The translations under genes and the position numbers were made by a program. A stretch of 40,321 nt of DNA from Alistipes sp. (GTDB lineage Bacteria; Bacteroidota; Bacteroidia; Bacteroidales; Rikenellaceae), in assembly GCA_036658095.1 (NCBI GenBank), contig JAVXFC010000001.1:1-40321 (forward strand), in the 5' to 3' direction. Positions 18,341 to 28,067 of the stretch are shown in pieces; positions within the stretch are counted from its first letter, which is position 1, and each line of letters starts with the position of its first letter. The notes under the pieces were generated by a model that saw only the letters and a list, made by a program, of their open reading frames with translations, did no database searches and had not been told where the DNA came from.

Positions 18341-19444
18341 CTATTTTGGAGCTTTACGGTAGAGGTAAATTGCGATAACCATATATATCAGGTTGGGGGT
18401 CCAGACCGCCAGCCCTGAAGGCATGGTGCCGCTCTTGGCAAACTCCTCGAAGAAACGGTTGAAGAGGATGTAGGAGAAGCAGAGTGCGGTGCCGATTCCG
18501 ATGTGCAGACCCGTGCCACCGCGCACTTTGCGCGACGAGAGCGAGACCCCAATCAGGGTCAGGATGAAGGTCGCTAAGGGGTAGGCAAAACGCGTGTGTT
18601 TTTCGACCTCGATGATCTTGATCGAGTCCGATCCCTTGGCGCGCTGCTGATGCAAGAAGCGGTTGAGCTGCGAGATATTCATGGTTTTCACCAATTCGGG
18701 AATCCGCCCCAACTCGTTGACTTCGATGTTGATCAGGGTGTCGAGGTTGCGGTATTGCTTGAAACTCTCCACCCCCAGCGAGTCGAACTGACGCGTGGTG
18801 TAGCGGTTGGCTGTCCAACGCTGCGACTCGGCATTGAACTGCACATCGGCAGCTTCGAGCGAGTGGGTGATTGTGCCGTGGGCGTAGTGTTCGAGGGCAA
18901 GGAATTGCGCCTGCTTCTGCTCATCGGCATAGCCGCGGATGTAGACAAAGGTGCCGGGTTCGATCTGGCGATAGATGTAACGGTCAAACTGGACAGTTTG
19001 GCGATTTTTGCGGTAGTGGCGTTCGAACTCCACGCAGGTGCGCTGTGTGACGGGAATGATCCACAGGTTGAGAACCATCGAGAGAATCGTGATCACCGCA
19101 GCGCCCAAAAAGTAGGGCCACATCAGCCGTCGGAAACTCATGCCCCCCGAGAGCATGGCGATGATCTCGGTCTGGTAGGCTAATTTCGAGGTGAAGAAGA
19201 TCACGGCGATGAAGGTGAATAGACTACTGAACTGGTTGATAAAGAAAGGGATGAAGTTGAGGTAGTAGTCGAAGATGATGGCTTTCACGGGGGCTTTTAG
19301 CTCCGTGAAGTCGTCGATTTTCTCCACATAATCGAAGATCACCACCACCACGATAATCATGGCAATGGCGAAGAAATAGGTACTCAGGAACTTCCCGATG
19401 ATGTACCGATCCAGAATCTTGATACCCGGAAATTTGATCTTCAT
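18341..19444 (-). CDS. LPS export ABC transporter permease LptF/LptG family
   Basis: LDRYII, TEIIAM..G.S..R, six-TM layout, RFAYP, RGG, AVWTPN. Confidence 0.92.
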   Translation of the reverse strand: MKIKFPGIKILDRYIIGKFLSTYFFAIAMIIVVVVIFDYVEKIDDFTELKAPVKAIIFDYYLNFIPFFINQFSSLFTFIAVIFFTSKLAYQTEIIAMLSGGMSFRRLMWPYFLGAAVITILSMVLNLWIIPVTQRTCVEFERHYRKNRQTVQFDRYIYRQIEPGTFVYIRGYADEQKQAQFLALEHYAHGTITHSLEAADVQFNAESQRWTANRYTTRQFDSLGVESFKQYRNLDTLINIEVNELGRIPELVKTMNISQLNRFLHQQRAKGSDSIKIIEVEKHTRFAYPLATFILTLIGVSLSSRKVRGGTGLHIGIGTALCFSYILFNRFFEEFAKSGTMPSGLAVWTPNLIYMVIAIYLYRKAPK

Positions 19445-19446
19445 CG

Positions 19447-20577
19447 CTATAACCTTTTAGCAAGTTTTACGACCATCAGCTCCTTCCACGGCTTGAAATC
19501 GCCCGCCACAATGTGTTCGCGTGCGGCGGTCACCAAGCGCAGGTAGAAGGCGATGTTGTGGAGCGAGGCGATCTGTGCCGCCAGCATCTCACCACAGGTG
19601 GTCAGGTGGTGGAGGTAGGCTTTCGAGTAGAGTGTATCGACAAATGCTGTGCCTGCGGGGTCGATTGGGCTGAAATCCTCCTCCCATTTTTTGTTGCGAA
19701 TGTTGATCACCCCCTCGGCGGTGAAGAGCTGTCCGTTGCGCCCGTTGCGCGTGGGCATCACACAGTCGAACATATCCACTCCGCGCTCGATGCCTTCGAG
19801 GATGTTGATCGGTGTGCCGACCCCCATCAGGTAGCGGGGGCGATCTTCGGGCAGAATGGCATTGACCACCTCCAGCATCTCGTACATCGTCTCGGTTGGT
19901 TCGCCCACCGCCAGTCCACCAATGGCATAGCCGTCGGCGTTGTATTGTTTGACGTTCTCCGCCGCGCGTACACGCAGATCGGGATAGGTGCAGCCCTGCA
20001 CGATTGGGAAGAGGGCTTGGTAGTGTCCGTATTTTGGGGAGGTGCGGTGGTATTGTTCGAAGCAACGATCCAGCCAGCGCTCCGTCAGGTCGAGCGATTT
20101 GGCGGCATATTCGCGTGGCGCATCGCCCGGAGGACACTCGTCGAATGCCATCATGATGTCGGCGCCAATGGTGCGTTCGGTGTCGATCACGCTCTCCGGG
20201 GTGAAGAGGTGTTTCGAACCGTCGATGTGCGAGCGGAAATGACAACCCTCCTCCTTAAGTTTGCGGCAACCAGCTAATGAGAAGACCTGAAAACCACCGC
20301 TGTCGGTGAGCATTGGGCCCTCCCACGTCGAGAAGCGATGCACGCCTCCCGCCGCCTCGATGATCTTCATGCCGGGGCGGAGGTAGAGGTGGTATGTATT
20401 TGCCAGAATGATCTGCGCCTTCGCCTCGTCGCGTACGTCGCGGTGAAAGATACCCTTCACAGTGGCGGCCGTACCCACAGGCATAAAAATGGGGGTGCGG
20501 ATCACGCCGTGATCGGTTGTCAACTCGCCTGCGCGGGCGTGTGATGCGGGGTCTTTGTGTTGTAATGTAAACTTCAT
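19447..20577 (-). CDS. tgt: tRNA-guanine(34) transglycosylase
   Basis: TPIFMPVGT, NTYHL, TDSGGFQVFSL, FDEC, GGLAVGE, YLMGVG, DMFDCV.PTRNGR. Start set at MKFTL (20577); ATG 20583 is an alternative. Confidence 0.96.
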   Translation of the reverse strand: MKFTLQHKDPASHARAGELTTDHGVIRTPIFMPVGTAATVKGIFHRDVRDEAKAQIILANTYHLYLRPGMKIIEAAGGVHRFSTWEGPMLTDSGGFQVFSLAGCRKLKEEGCHFRSHIDGSKHLFTPESVIDTERTIGADIMMAFDECPPGDAPREYAAKSLDLTERWLDRCFEQYHRTSPKYGHYQALFPIVQGCTYPDLRVRAAENVKQYNADGYAIGGLAVGEPTETMYEMLEVVNAILPEDRPRYLMGVGTPINILEGIERGVDMFDCVMPTRNGRNGQLFTAEGVINIRNKKWEEDFSPIDPAGTAFVDTLYSKAYLHHLTTCGEMLAAQIASLHNIAFYLRLVTAAREHIVAGDFKPWKELMVVKLAKRL

Positions 20578-20593
20578 CGTCATATTAAGTAGG

Positions 20594-20601
20594 CAAAAGT
20601 A
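20594..20601 (-). promoter_or_regulatory. -7 promoter box for the tgt-lptF/G-mqnE-PASTA-rluD-HK-ygiQ run
   Basis: CAAAAGTA on + reads TACTTTTG on -, in the AT-rich divergent gap. Confidence 0.6.
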
Positions 20602-20685
20602 CATAAAATATGTGGAATGTTGAATCAAGATCCAAAAAATAACTATACACGCCGTTTTGTGCATTGCACATTGTGAATTGTTTTG

Positions 20686-20693
20686 TATCTTTG
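20686..20693 (+). promoter_or_regulatory. -7 promoter box for GT2-ECF-rsmG
   Basis: TATCTTTG(CA) with TTG ending 19 nt upstream (20664-20666). Confidence 0.7.
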
Positions 20694-20720
20694 CATGATT
20701 CTTAAAGCAAGATTTTATAT

Positions 20721-21875
20721 ATGCAATTCATGGATATTCTTCTGATGCACTACGGCTGGGAGGGGGTGGCGCTCATGGTGCTGTTGCTCATCCTCTTCGG
20801 TGTGCAGTTATACTACTACCTGTTCGCCTACGGTCCTATCGCAACTTATAAAAATCATGAACGTCGCACCATTCTCGATACTGAGCCTGCCGTGTCGGTG
20901 ATCATTCCTCTGTTTTCGGAGGATTCGTCCTTTGTCGAGGAGCGGCTGCCGCTGATTGTGGCACAGGAGTATCCCAATTTCGAGGTGGTGTTGGTCTATG
21001 TTGGGTCGAACAACGACTTTTTCGAAGATCTGACGCAGCTCAAACATACCTTTCCGCAGATCAACGTCACCAAAATACACCTCAACCCCCGTTACCCCAT
21101 TTCGCGCAAAATGGCGCTCAACGTCGGGATCAAATCATCACACAACGAGCATCTCGTCTTTTCGTCTACCGAGATTGTCCCCTCGTCCGATCAGTGGCTC
21201 TCGCTCATGGCGAAGGGCTTCTGCAAGGGTGATATTGTGCTGGGCTACTGTGGCGTGGAGCGGAGCGAGGGGCTGTGGAATTACGTCATGCGTGTGTGGC
21301 GCATGATGCATGCCGCCGATTGGCTGGCGCGTGCCGTGGGCAGAAATCCCTATCGGGGTACACTGCACAATCTGGGCTTCACAAAAAAGATCTATTTCGA
21401 TGCCAATGGCTTCAGCCACCTCAATATGAACATCGGCGAGGACGACCTATTCATGCAAAAGGTGATGACCACCGACAACGTGAGCGTCATCCTCTCGCCG
21501 CGAGCCTCGCTGCGCGAAACGCCATGGGGTGGATTTCGTGGCTGGTTCGACAACGAACGCTATTTCGGCTCGGCGGAGGAGTTTTACCCTACTACGATTA
21601 AGAACTTCATTCGCTGGGAGTTAGGGTCGCGCACGCTCTTTTTTCTGCTGGTCGTCAGTGCGCTGGTGCTGCTGCCCGCCGAACTGAAAATCGCAGCGGG
21701 CATACTGCTCGTGGTGCGCTACATCTTGGTCGCGCTGGAGGTGCGCCGTTTGGCGCAGCGTCTGGGCGAAACGGGGGTCGTGGGGCGTTACTTTCTCTAC
21801 GATTTGCTGAGTCCGCTACTGGCTTTGGCGCTGAGGGTCTCGTTGTTGCGTAAAGACGAACGCGTATGGAGATAG
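20721..21875 (+). CDS. membrane glycosyltransferase family 2-like protein with degenerate catalytic motifs
   Basis: N-terminal TM, PAVSVII, QEYPNFEV, KMALNVGI, GEDDLF, C-terminal TMs; DxD is absent. Confidence 0.85.
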   Translation: MQFMDILLMHYGWEGVALMVLLLILFGVQLYYYLFAYGPIATYKNHERRTILDTEPAVSVIIPLFSEDSSFVEERLPLIVAQEYPNFEVVLVYVGSNNDFFEDLTQLKHTFPQINVTKIHLNPRYPISRKMALNVGIKSSHNEHLVFSSTEIVPSSDQWLSLMAKGFCKGDIVLGYCGVERSEGLWNYVMRVWRMMHAADWLARAVGRNPYRGTLHNLGFTKKIYFDANGFSHLNMNIGEDDLFMQKVMTTDNVSVILSPRASLRETPWGGFRGWFDNERYFGSAEEFYPTTIKNFIRWELGSRTLFFLLVVSALVLLPAELKIAAGILLVVRYILVALEVRRLAQRLGETGVVGRYFLYDLLSPLLALALRVSLLRKDERVWR

Positions 21876-22423
21876 ACGACTACATCGTAGCCACCGACTA
21901 TCGGCTGGTCGAGCTGGCTCTTGCAGGCGACGACATGGCTTTCGAGTACCTCTTCAACCGCTATCGCGACGCTATCCGTCGGCTTTTTGTGCAGCGACTT
22001 TCGGGTGAGGACGATGCCGACGACCTCTTGCAAGAGACCTTCATCAAAGTCTACATCAACCTGCAACGTTACAGCGCTACCTACACCTTTGGACAGTGGG
22101 TCTACACCATAGCGCGCAACACATTTATCGACTATATTCGCAAACGGCAGGACGATCTGTCTATTGATGAGCGCTTTACATCGCCCGCATCGCCTGCCCC
22201 CAATCCCGAAGAGCGGGTGATCAACCTTCAGCAGCGCACCCAGATCGACCACTACCTCGAAGCCCTCACACCGCGCTATCGGCAGTTGATTCACTTGCGT
22301 TTTTTCGACGAATTTTCCTACGAGGAGATCGCGCTGAAGCTCGCTCTGCCGCTCGGAACGGTCAAAACGCAGATCCACCGCGCCCGCGGACAGATGTGCA
22401 AAATGATAAAAAACGGGCAGTAA
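21866..22423 (+). CDS. ECF-type RNA polymerase sigma-70 factor
   Basis: GD..AF..L, DADDLLQETF, W.YTIARN..ID..RK, SYEEIA, GTVKTQIHRAR. Confidence 0.94.
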   Translation: MEIDDYIVATDYRLVELALAGDDMAFEYLFNRYRDAIRRLFVQRLSGEDDADDLLQETFIKVYINLQRYSATYTFGQWVYTIARNTFIDYIRKRQDDLSIDERFTSPASPAPNPEERVINLQQRTQIDHYLEALTPRYRQLIHLRFFDEFSYEEIALKLALPLGTVKTQIHRARGQMCKMIKNGQ

Positions 22424-22441
22424 CCTTCTAAAAAACAGAAA

Positions 22442-23068
22442 ATGGAACTCATAGATAAATATTTCCCCGAACTGACACCGCTTCAGCGCGAGCGCTTCGA
22501 TGCCCTCTATCCCCTTTATGCCGATTGGAATGCCAAGATCAACGTGGTCTCGCGCAAAGATTTCGACCAGCTCTATCTGCGCCATGTGCTTCACTCTTTG
22601 GCGATTGCCAAGGTGTGTGCGTTCGATGCGGGGGCGCGCATTCTCGATGTGGGCTGTGGGGGTGGTTTCCCGAGCATCCCGCTGGCAATTCTCTTTCCCG
22701 AGGCGCACTTCACAGCGGCGGACTCCATTGCCAAGAAGATCAGCGTGGTGACGGGGGTGTCGGAGGCTTTGGGGCTTGAAAACCTCACGCCGCGCTGTGT
22801 GCGCGTCGAGAGCCTGCGCAACGACCGCTTCGACTATGTGGTCTCGCGTGCGGTGACCGATATGTCGGCTTTTGTGGCGTGGATCTGGACGATCATCGAA
22901 CGCGGACAGCACGGCACACTGCCCAATGGCATCCTCTGTTTGAAGGGGGGCGATCTGGGCGAGGAGCTTGCCGAGACCCGCAAACGGTGGGATATTTACG
23001 ACATTTCGAAATTCTTCACGGAGGATTTTTTCGAGACTAAAAAGGTGGTCTACACCCCGAAGAGATAA
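22442..23068 (+). CDS. rsmG: 16S rRNA m7G527 methyltransferase
   Basis: WNAKINVVSRKD, HVLHSL, DVGCGGGFP, VSRAV, LKGG. Confidence 0.96.
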   Translation: MELIDKYFPELTPLQRERFDALYPLYADWNAKINVVSRKDFDQLYLRHVLHSLAIAKVCAFDAGARILDVGCGGGFPSIPLAILFPEAHFTAADSIAKKISVVTGVSEALGLENLTPRCVRVESLRNDRFDYVVSRAVTDMSAFVAWIWTIIERGQHGTLPNGILCLKGGDLGEELAETRKRWDIYDISKFFTEDFFETKKVVYTPKR

Positions 23069-23072
23069 GAAG

Positions 23073-23098
23073 TCTGCCTGAAACTATTTTCAGGCAGA
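23073..23098. terminator. hairpin after rsmG
   Basis: TCTGCCTGAAA-ctat-TTTCAGGCAGA, perfect 11-bp stem; no U tract. Confidence 0.55.
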
Positions 23099-23107
23099 TC
23101 TACGTTC

Positions 23108-23153
23108 AAAAGCAACGCCCGAAGGATCCGTAGATTCTTCGGGCGTTGCTTTT
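23108..23153. terminator. bidirectional intrinsic terminator between rsmG and the MFS gene
   Basis: AAAAGCAACGCCCGAAG...CTTCGGGCGTTGCTTTT, 17-bp perfect inverted repeat with A/T tails, between convergent genes. Confidence 0.88.
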
Positions 23154-23170
23154 ATCGAGCCGTCGCGAAG

Positions 23171-24451
23171 CTACTTGACGGGGATCTCTTTGTTGACGTT
23201 CTTCGAGCCGATCAGGGCGTAGTAGAGGAGGTAGACCAACCCAGCGACAACCACCCAATACGAAGCGATGTAGCCTGCTTGGTCGGCGATCCAGCCCTGC
23301 ACAGCAGGTAGAATGCCGCCACCGACGACCATGGTCATGAACAGACCCGAAGCCATGGAGGTGTACTTGCCCAGCCCTTCAACGGCGAGGTTGAAGATGC
23401 CGCCCCACATGATCGAGGTGCAGAGACCACACAGCACCAACAGCAGGATGCTCAGCGGCACCTCTGCCATGGCAAAGCCAAGGGTATCCTTGTCGAAAGC
23501 GGGCATATTGACCCCAACTTGGGGCAGGAACATGGCTAAGAGTACCAAGATGATACCGACTGAAGTGACGCACGAAAGCATGGTTTTGGCCGAGATGCGC
23601 GCACCAAGGAAGCCACCGATCAGACGTCCGACGAGCATCAGCAGCCAGTAGGTGCCGACCACCGTGCCTGCCACGGCGGGAGTGACGCCCAAGCCCGCCT
23701 CCGAAGGGTCGGTCATGTAGAAGTTGGCGATGCTCGGAATGCCGACCTCGACGCCCACATAGATGAAGATCGCGACCACGCCCAAGATGAAGTGGCGGAA
23801 CGAGAGTGCCGAATATTTATCTTTCTTGGTAGCAGCGGTCTTCTCCACAAAAGGTTCGGGAATGGCTGCGAAGTAGAGAACCAAAAAGGTCATGGCGAAG
23901 ATGCCCAAGGCAAGGTAGAAGACGGGATCACCACTCGAGATCAGGCGCTCGCCGACGGCATTACCCATCAAGTAACCACCCAAAACGGGGGCTAATGTGC
24001 CACCGACCGAGTTGAAGGCGCCGCCGAATTGGATCAGCTGGTTGCCTTTGTTGCCGCCGCCACCCAAGGTGTTGAGCATCGGGTTGACCACCGTGTTGAG
24101 CATACACATCGAGAAACCAGAGATGAAGGCTCCCAACAGATAGACGGCAAAGCTGCCCTCGCCTGTGCCAGAAAAGAGGGTGATGCCGACGCCCACAAAG
24201 CCCACAGCTACCGCCGTCAGAGCGGTCTTTTTGTAGCCGATGTGTTTGAGCATCAATCCTGCCGGAATACCCATGAAGAGGTAGGCGAGGAAGTTGGCAA
24301 ATGCGCCCCACTGTGAGCGGAACGTATCCAGTCCGAATTGGTCTTTGACAATGACACCCAGCGGACTTTGAAGATTCGTGACAAATGCGATCATGAAGAA
24401 GAGGGCAAACATCATGATGATGGGCAACGTGTAACTTTTCTTTTGTTCCAT
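23171..24451 (-). CDS. MFS sugar transporter, FucP/GluP family
   Basis: GYKK, NTVVNP, FNSVG, YVGVEVG, GRLIG, SIMWGGIF.LA, GGGILP. Confidence 0.9.
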   Translation of the reverse strand: MEQKKSYTLPIIMMFALFFMIAFVTNLQSPLGVIVKDQFGLDTFRSQWGAFANFLAYLFMGIPAGLMLKHIGYKKTALTAVAVGFVGVGITLFSGTGEGSFAVYLLGAFISGFSMCMLNTVVNPMLNTLGGGGNKGNQLIQFGGAFNSVGGTLAPVLGGYLMGNAVGERLISSGDPVFYLALGIFAMTFLVLYFAAIPEPFVEKTAATKKDKYSALSFRHFILGVVAIFIYVGVEVGIPSIANFYMTDPSEAGLGVTPAVAGTVVGTYWLLMLVGRLIGGFLGARISAKTMLSCVTSVGIILVLLAMFLPQVGVNMPAFDKDTLGFAMAEVPLSILLLVLCGLCTSIMWGGIFNLAVEGLGKYTSMASGLFMTMVVGGGILPAVQGWIADQAGYIASYWVVVAGLVYLLYYALIGSKNVNKEIPVK

Positions 24452-24495
24452 ATTGTTGTTATTAGGTTAATATTTAAGTAATTGAGTATGCTGTA

Positions 24496-25485
24496 TTAAT
24501 GATCACGCTCGGCGATGAAGGCGCATAAATTGACCAATGCTGTGCGTGCTTCCGAGGGTTCGTATTCGCTGAGTAGTGTGGTGGCGCGCTTCAGGTAGTC
24601 GTGCATCACCTCGGCAGCAAGGCGCAGACCGCCTTGGTTCTCGACCGTCTGCTGGATGTAGTCCACGGCAGCTTGGTCCGTGGCGCAGAGGGTGAGTTTG
24701 TCGATCAGTTCGTTGCGACGCGCCTCGTCCACCCGTTCGAGGATGACGAGTAGCGGCAGGGTGATTTTCTGTTCGCGCAGGTCGTTGTTGGTTGATTTGC
24801 CGGTGTTTGCTGTGCGCGAGTAGTCGAGTATGTCGTCTTGGATTTGAAAAGCCATGCCGATTGCCTCGCCAAAGCGGTGCATGAGCTGCACTTTTTCGCG
24901 CGGAGCGCCCACCGATAAAGCACCTGCCGAGGCGCTGACGGCAATCAGGCTCGCTGTTTTTTTGTAGATAATATCGAGGTAGTCGCGGCGTGTGGTGGTG
25001 TGTTTTGCAGCGCAGTCGCTTTGCAGTACCTCGCCCTCGCAGAGGGTTGCCATGGTCTGGCAGATGTGCGACACCAAGTCGTACTGTCCGCTCGACATAC
25101 CGATGCTCAGGTTCTTGGCGAGGATGTAATCGCCCAGCAAGACCGCTTTGTGAGATTGCCAGAGGGCATTGACGGTAGGTTTGCCGCGGCGTGTATCTGC
25201 CTCGTCGATCACGTCGTCGTGGATGAGTGAGGCGGTGTGGATCATCTCGACCAGCATGGCCGCCAAATAGGCTCTACGTCCGACGGTTGTCCCTTTGTTC
25301 TCCGAGTTGATGAGTGCTGAGAGCATGACGATCGTGGGACGGATGCCTTTGCCGCGTGAAGAGAGGGCGTGGCGCAGCATTTCAGACATCAACGTCCCTT
25401 CGGCATTGAATTCTTGAGCTACGAACGCGTCAAAAGCCTCCAAATCGTGGATGACTGGTTTGCGAATTGCATCGAGTGTTATCAT
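24496..25485 (-). CDS. ispB: long-chain trans-polyprenyl diphosphate synthase
   Basis: GKGIRP, HTASLIHDDVID..RRG, KTA, FQIQDDILD; small residues before the first DDxxD suggest a long product. Start set at MITLD (25485). Confidence 0.88.
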   Translation of the reverse strand: MITLDAIRKPVIHDLEAFDAFVAQEFNAEGTLMSEMLRHALSSRGKGIRPTIVMLSALINSENKGTTVGRRAYLAAMLVEMIHTASLIHDDVIDEADTRRGKPTVNALWQSHKAVLLGDYILAKNLSIGMSSGQYDLVSHICQTMATLCEGEVLQSDCAAKHTTTRRDYLDIIYKKTASLIAVSASAGALSVGAPREKVQLMHRFGEAIGMAFQIQDDILDYSRTANTGKSTNNDLREQKITLPLLVILERVDEARRNELIDKLTLCATDQAAVDYIQQTVENQGGLRLAAEVMHDYLKRATTLLSEYEPSEARTALVNLCAFIAERDH

Positions 25486-25507
25486 AAATGGATCCCTAAT
25501 TACCACG

Positions 25508-25515
25508 CAAAGATA
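25508..25515 (-). promoter_or_regulatory. -7 promoter box for prenyl synthase-MFS
   Basis: CAAAGATA on + reads TATCTTTG on -. Confidence 0.7.
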
Positions 25516-25558
25516 GTTATTTTTCGCATATGCGTCCTGCAAAGTAAATGTTTTTTCG

Positions 25559-25566
25559 TATCTTTG
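25559..25566 (+). promoter_or_regulatory. -7 promoter box for the yfhO-ftsX run
   Basis: TATCTTTG 23 nt before the ATG at 25590. Confidence 0.7.
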
Positions 25567-25589
25567 GCATTTGATTAAGGCTTATTAAG

Positions 25590-28052
25590 ATGAATTTTCA
25601 ATCCATAAAAGCAACCCGATTGCTGCCCACAGCGGTGGCCTTGCTGCTCTTTTTCCTGACGAGTGCGCTCTGTTTTGCCCCTCAATTTCGCGGCGAGGTG
25701 CTGCCTCAGCACGATGTACTCCAATACGAGGGTATGTCGAAGGATATCAAGGATAACCGTGCCGCCACGGGTGAGGATCCGCAATGGACGGGGTCGATGT
25801 TCGGCGGTATGCCTGCCTACCTGATCAATGTGGCATATCCCGCGCAGCTGGTGAAGACCACCGTGGGGCAGATCGTGCGCATCATGGATACCCCTGCGGC
25901 ATTCGTCTTTTTTGCTTGTGTGGCGATGTGGCTCATGCTCTTGGCCTTTGGCGTAGACCCATGGATCTCGATCATTGGTGCGCTGACCTACGGCTTGTCG
26001 ACCTACTTTTTCCTGATCATCGGCGCGGGACACATCACCAAGATGTGGGCATTGGTCTACGCGCCGCTCATGTTGGGGGGTGCGTGCATCACCCTGCGGG
26101 GCAATCTGTGGCTCGGGGCGGCACTCACGGCACTCTTCACCTCGCTCGAAATCGGTGCGAATCACCCCCAAATATCCTACTATTTTCTCATCGCCATGGG
26201 CGTCTTTTGGCTCAGCGAGGCGTTTGTGGCGTGGAAAGCGCAGAACATCCGATCGTTTGCCCTGCGCACGGCGCTGCTCGTGGCGGCGGGTGTGGTGGCG
26301 GTGGGGTCGAACTTCTCGCCCCTGTGGTACACCCTGCAACACACCAAAGAGACCATGCGCGGTGGCTCGGAGTTGGTCGCCAACGCCAACGAGAGTTCGA
26401 CCGAGGGGTTGGCTCTGGACTACGCCACGGCGTGGAGCTACGGCAAGGTGGAGAGCTTCAACCTATTGGTTCCTAACTTCATGGGCGGTACGTCGGCATC
26501 GGGATTTGCCCCCGACGGCGCCGTAGCGGCTGCGCTGAACGACTACGGTTTGCGCGATGTGGCGGCACAGCTGCCTGCCTATTGGGGCGCCCAGCCCTAT
26601 ACGGCTGGGCCCACCTATCTGGGTGCGGTGGCGATCTTCCTCGCTGTTTTGGGCTGCTTTTTGGCGCGCGGACGCAACAAATGGTGGATTTTGGGCATCT
26701 CAGCCTTTATGTTGCTGTTGGCGTGGGGTAATAATCTGATGTGGTTTACCGAGCTGATGTTCCATATTTTGCCCGGATATAATAAGTTCCGAACGGTCTC
26801 CATGACCTTGGTGGTGGTGGAGTGGACGGTGCCTCTGTTGGGGGCGTTGGCACTCATGCGGCTGTGGAGCGATGAGGTTCCGAAGCAACGAATGTTGCGC
26901 GCGCTGGCGTGGGCAACAGGCATCACGGGGGGCGTGTGCCTGCTTTTTGCCGTGGCGGGTTCGGCGCTCTTCGACTTTGGTCACAACCAAAGCGCGCAGA
27001 TGCTCACCGAACAGTTCGGATATATGTTCCAACAGGCGGGTATGCAGGAGCAAATCGCGGCGGGCGTGCCAGAGCAAATGGCCGTAGCTACGGCGGATGC
27101 CATGGTCACGGAGCGTGCGGCGCTGATGAGTGCCGATGCGTGGCGGTCGCTGCTCTTCATTGTCCTTGCTGCTGCGACGCTGTGGCTCTTTATCGCGCGC
27201 CATATAAATAGGTATGCCCTCGCGGCACTCTTGGGGGTATTGGTGCTGGCGGATATGATTCCCGTCAACCTGCGCTACCTGCCTCACGAGGAGTTCATCT
27301 CGCCTCGACGTCGGCAGATTACCATGACCGATGCCGATCGTCAAATTTTGCAGGACAAGGAGTTGGGATTTCGCGTTTTCAACCTTACCGTTAGCCCCTT
27401 CAACGACGCCACAACCTCTTATTTTCACCGCTCGGTGGGTGGTTACCATGGTGCAAAACTCTCGCGTTACCAAGATCTGATCGACCGCTACCTCTCGCAC
27501 AACGACGAAAAGATCCTCGATATGCTCAACACCCGCTACGCGATCGTGCCGAATGGTGCGGGCGCGCCGACGGCAGTACGACGTCCGACCCCCAATGGGG
27601 CGGCATGGCTGGTTCAGAATCTGGCAACGGCCTCCACGGCGCAGGGCGAGATTGATCTGCTGGGACAGATAGATACAAAAACCACTGCTGTGGTGCAAAA
27701 GACCATGACACAGCCCATTGGCACAGGTACAATCACACTGGCAGAGTACCGCCCGAATTACCTGCGCTACGAATATACGGCGGATGCTGCCGCCGTGGCG
27801 GTCTTCTCGGAGATCTATTATGACAAGGGGTGGAGTGTCTCGATCGACGGGGTGGAAGCGCCCTATTTCCGTGCCGACTATGTGCTGCGAGCCATGGAGC
27901 TACCTGCGGGGACGCACACGGTCGAGTGGCGTTTTCGCGCTCCACATTGGGCTGCTGTCGAAGCTGTTACGCTCATATCATCGTTGCTAATTCTGCTGGG
28001 TTTGGTGGCGGCAGCGATCTACGCATATTGCAAAAAAGAAAAATCTGCATAA
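25590..28052 (+). CDS. YfhO family polytopic membrane protein (GT-C-like)
   Basis: QHD, WTGSMFGGMPAY, NHPQISYY, WSYG, PGYNKFR, GGYHGAKL, FSEIYY..GW, ADYVLRA. Confidence 0.88.
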   Translation: MNFQSIKATRLLPTAVALLLFFLTSALCFAPQFRGEVLPQHDVLQYEGMSKDIKDNRAATGEDPQWTGSMFGGMPAYLINVAYPAQLVKTTVGQIVRIMDTPAAFVFFACVAMWLMLLAFGVDPWISIIGALTYGLSTYFFLIIGAGHITKMWALVYAPLMLGGACITLRGNLWLGAALTALFTSLEIGANHPQISYYFLIAMGVFWLSEAFVAWKAQNIRSFALRTALLVAAGVVAVGSNFSPLWYTLQHTKETMRGGSELVANANESSTEGLALDYATAWSYGKVESFNLLVPNFMGGTSASGFAPDGAVAAALNDYGLRDVAAQLPAYWGAQPYTAGPTYLGAVAIFLAVLGCFLARGRNKWWILGISAFMLLLAWGNNLMWFTELMFHILPGYNKFRTVSMTLVVVEWTVPLLGALALMRLWSDEVPKQRMLRALAWATGITGGVCLLFAVAGSALFDFGHNQSAQMLTEQFGYMFQQAGMQEQIAAGVPEQMAVATADAMVTERAALMSADAWRSLLFIVLAAATLWLFIARHINRYALAALLGVLVLADMIPVNLRYLPHEEFISPRRRQITMTDADRQILQDKELGFRVFNLTVSPFNDATTSYFHRSVGGYHGAKLSRYQDLIDRYLSHNDEKILDMLNTRYAIVPNGAGAPTAVRRPTPNGAAWLVQNLATASTAQGEIDLLGQIDTKTTAVVQKTMTQPIGTGTITLAEYRPNYLRYEYTADAAAVAVFSEIYYDKGWSVSIDGVEAPYFRADYVLRAMELPAGTHTVEWRFRAPHWAAVEAVTLISSLLILLGLVAAAIYAYCKKEKSA

Positions 28053-28067
28053 AAATAACTCCTCTCT

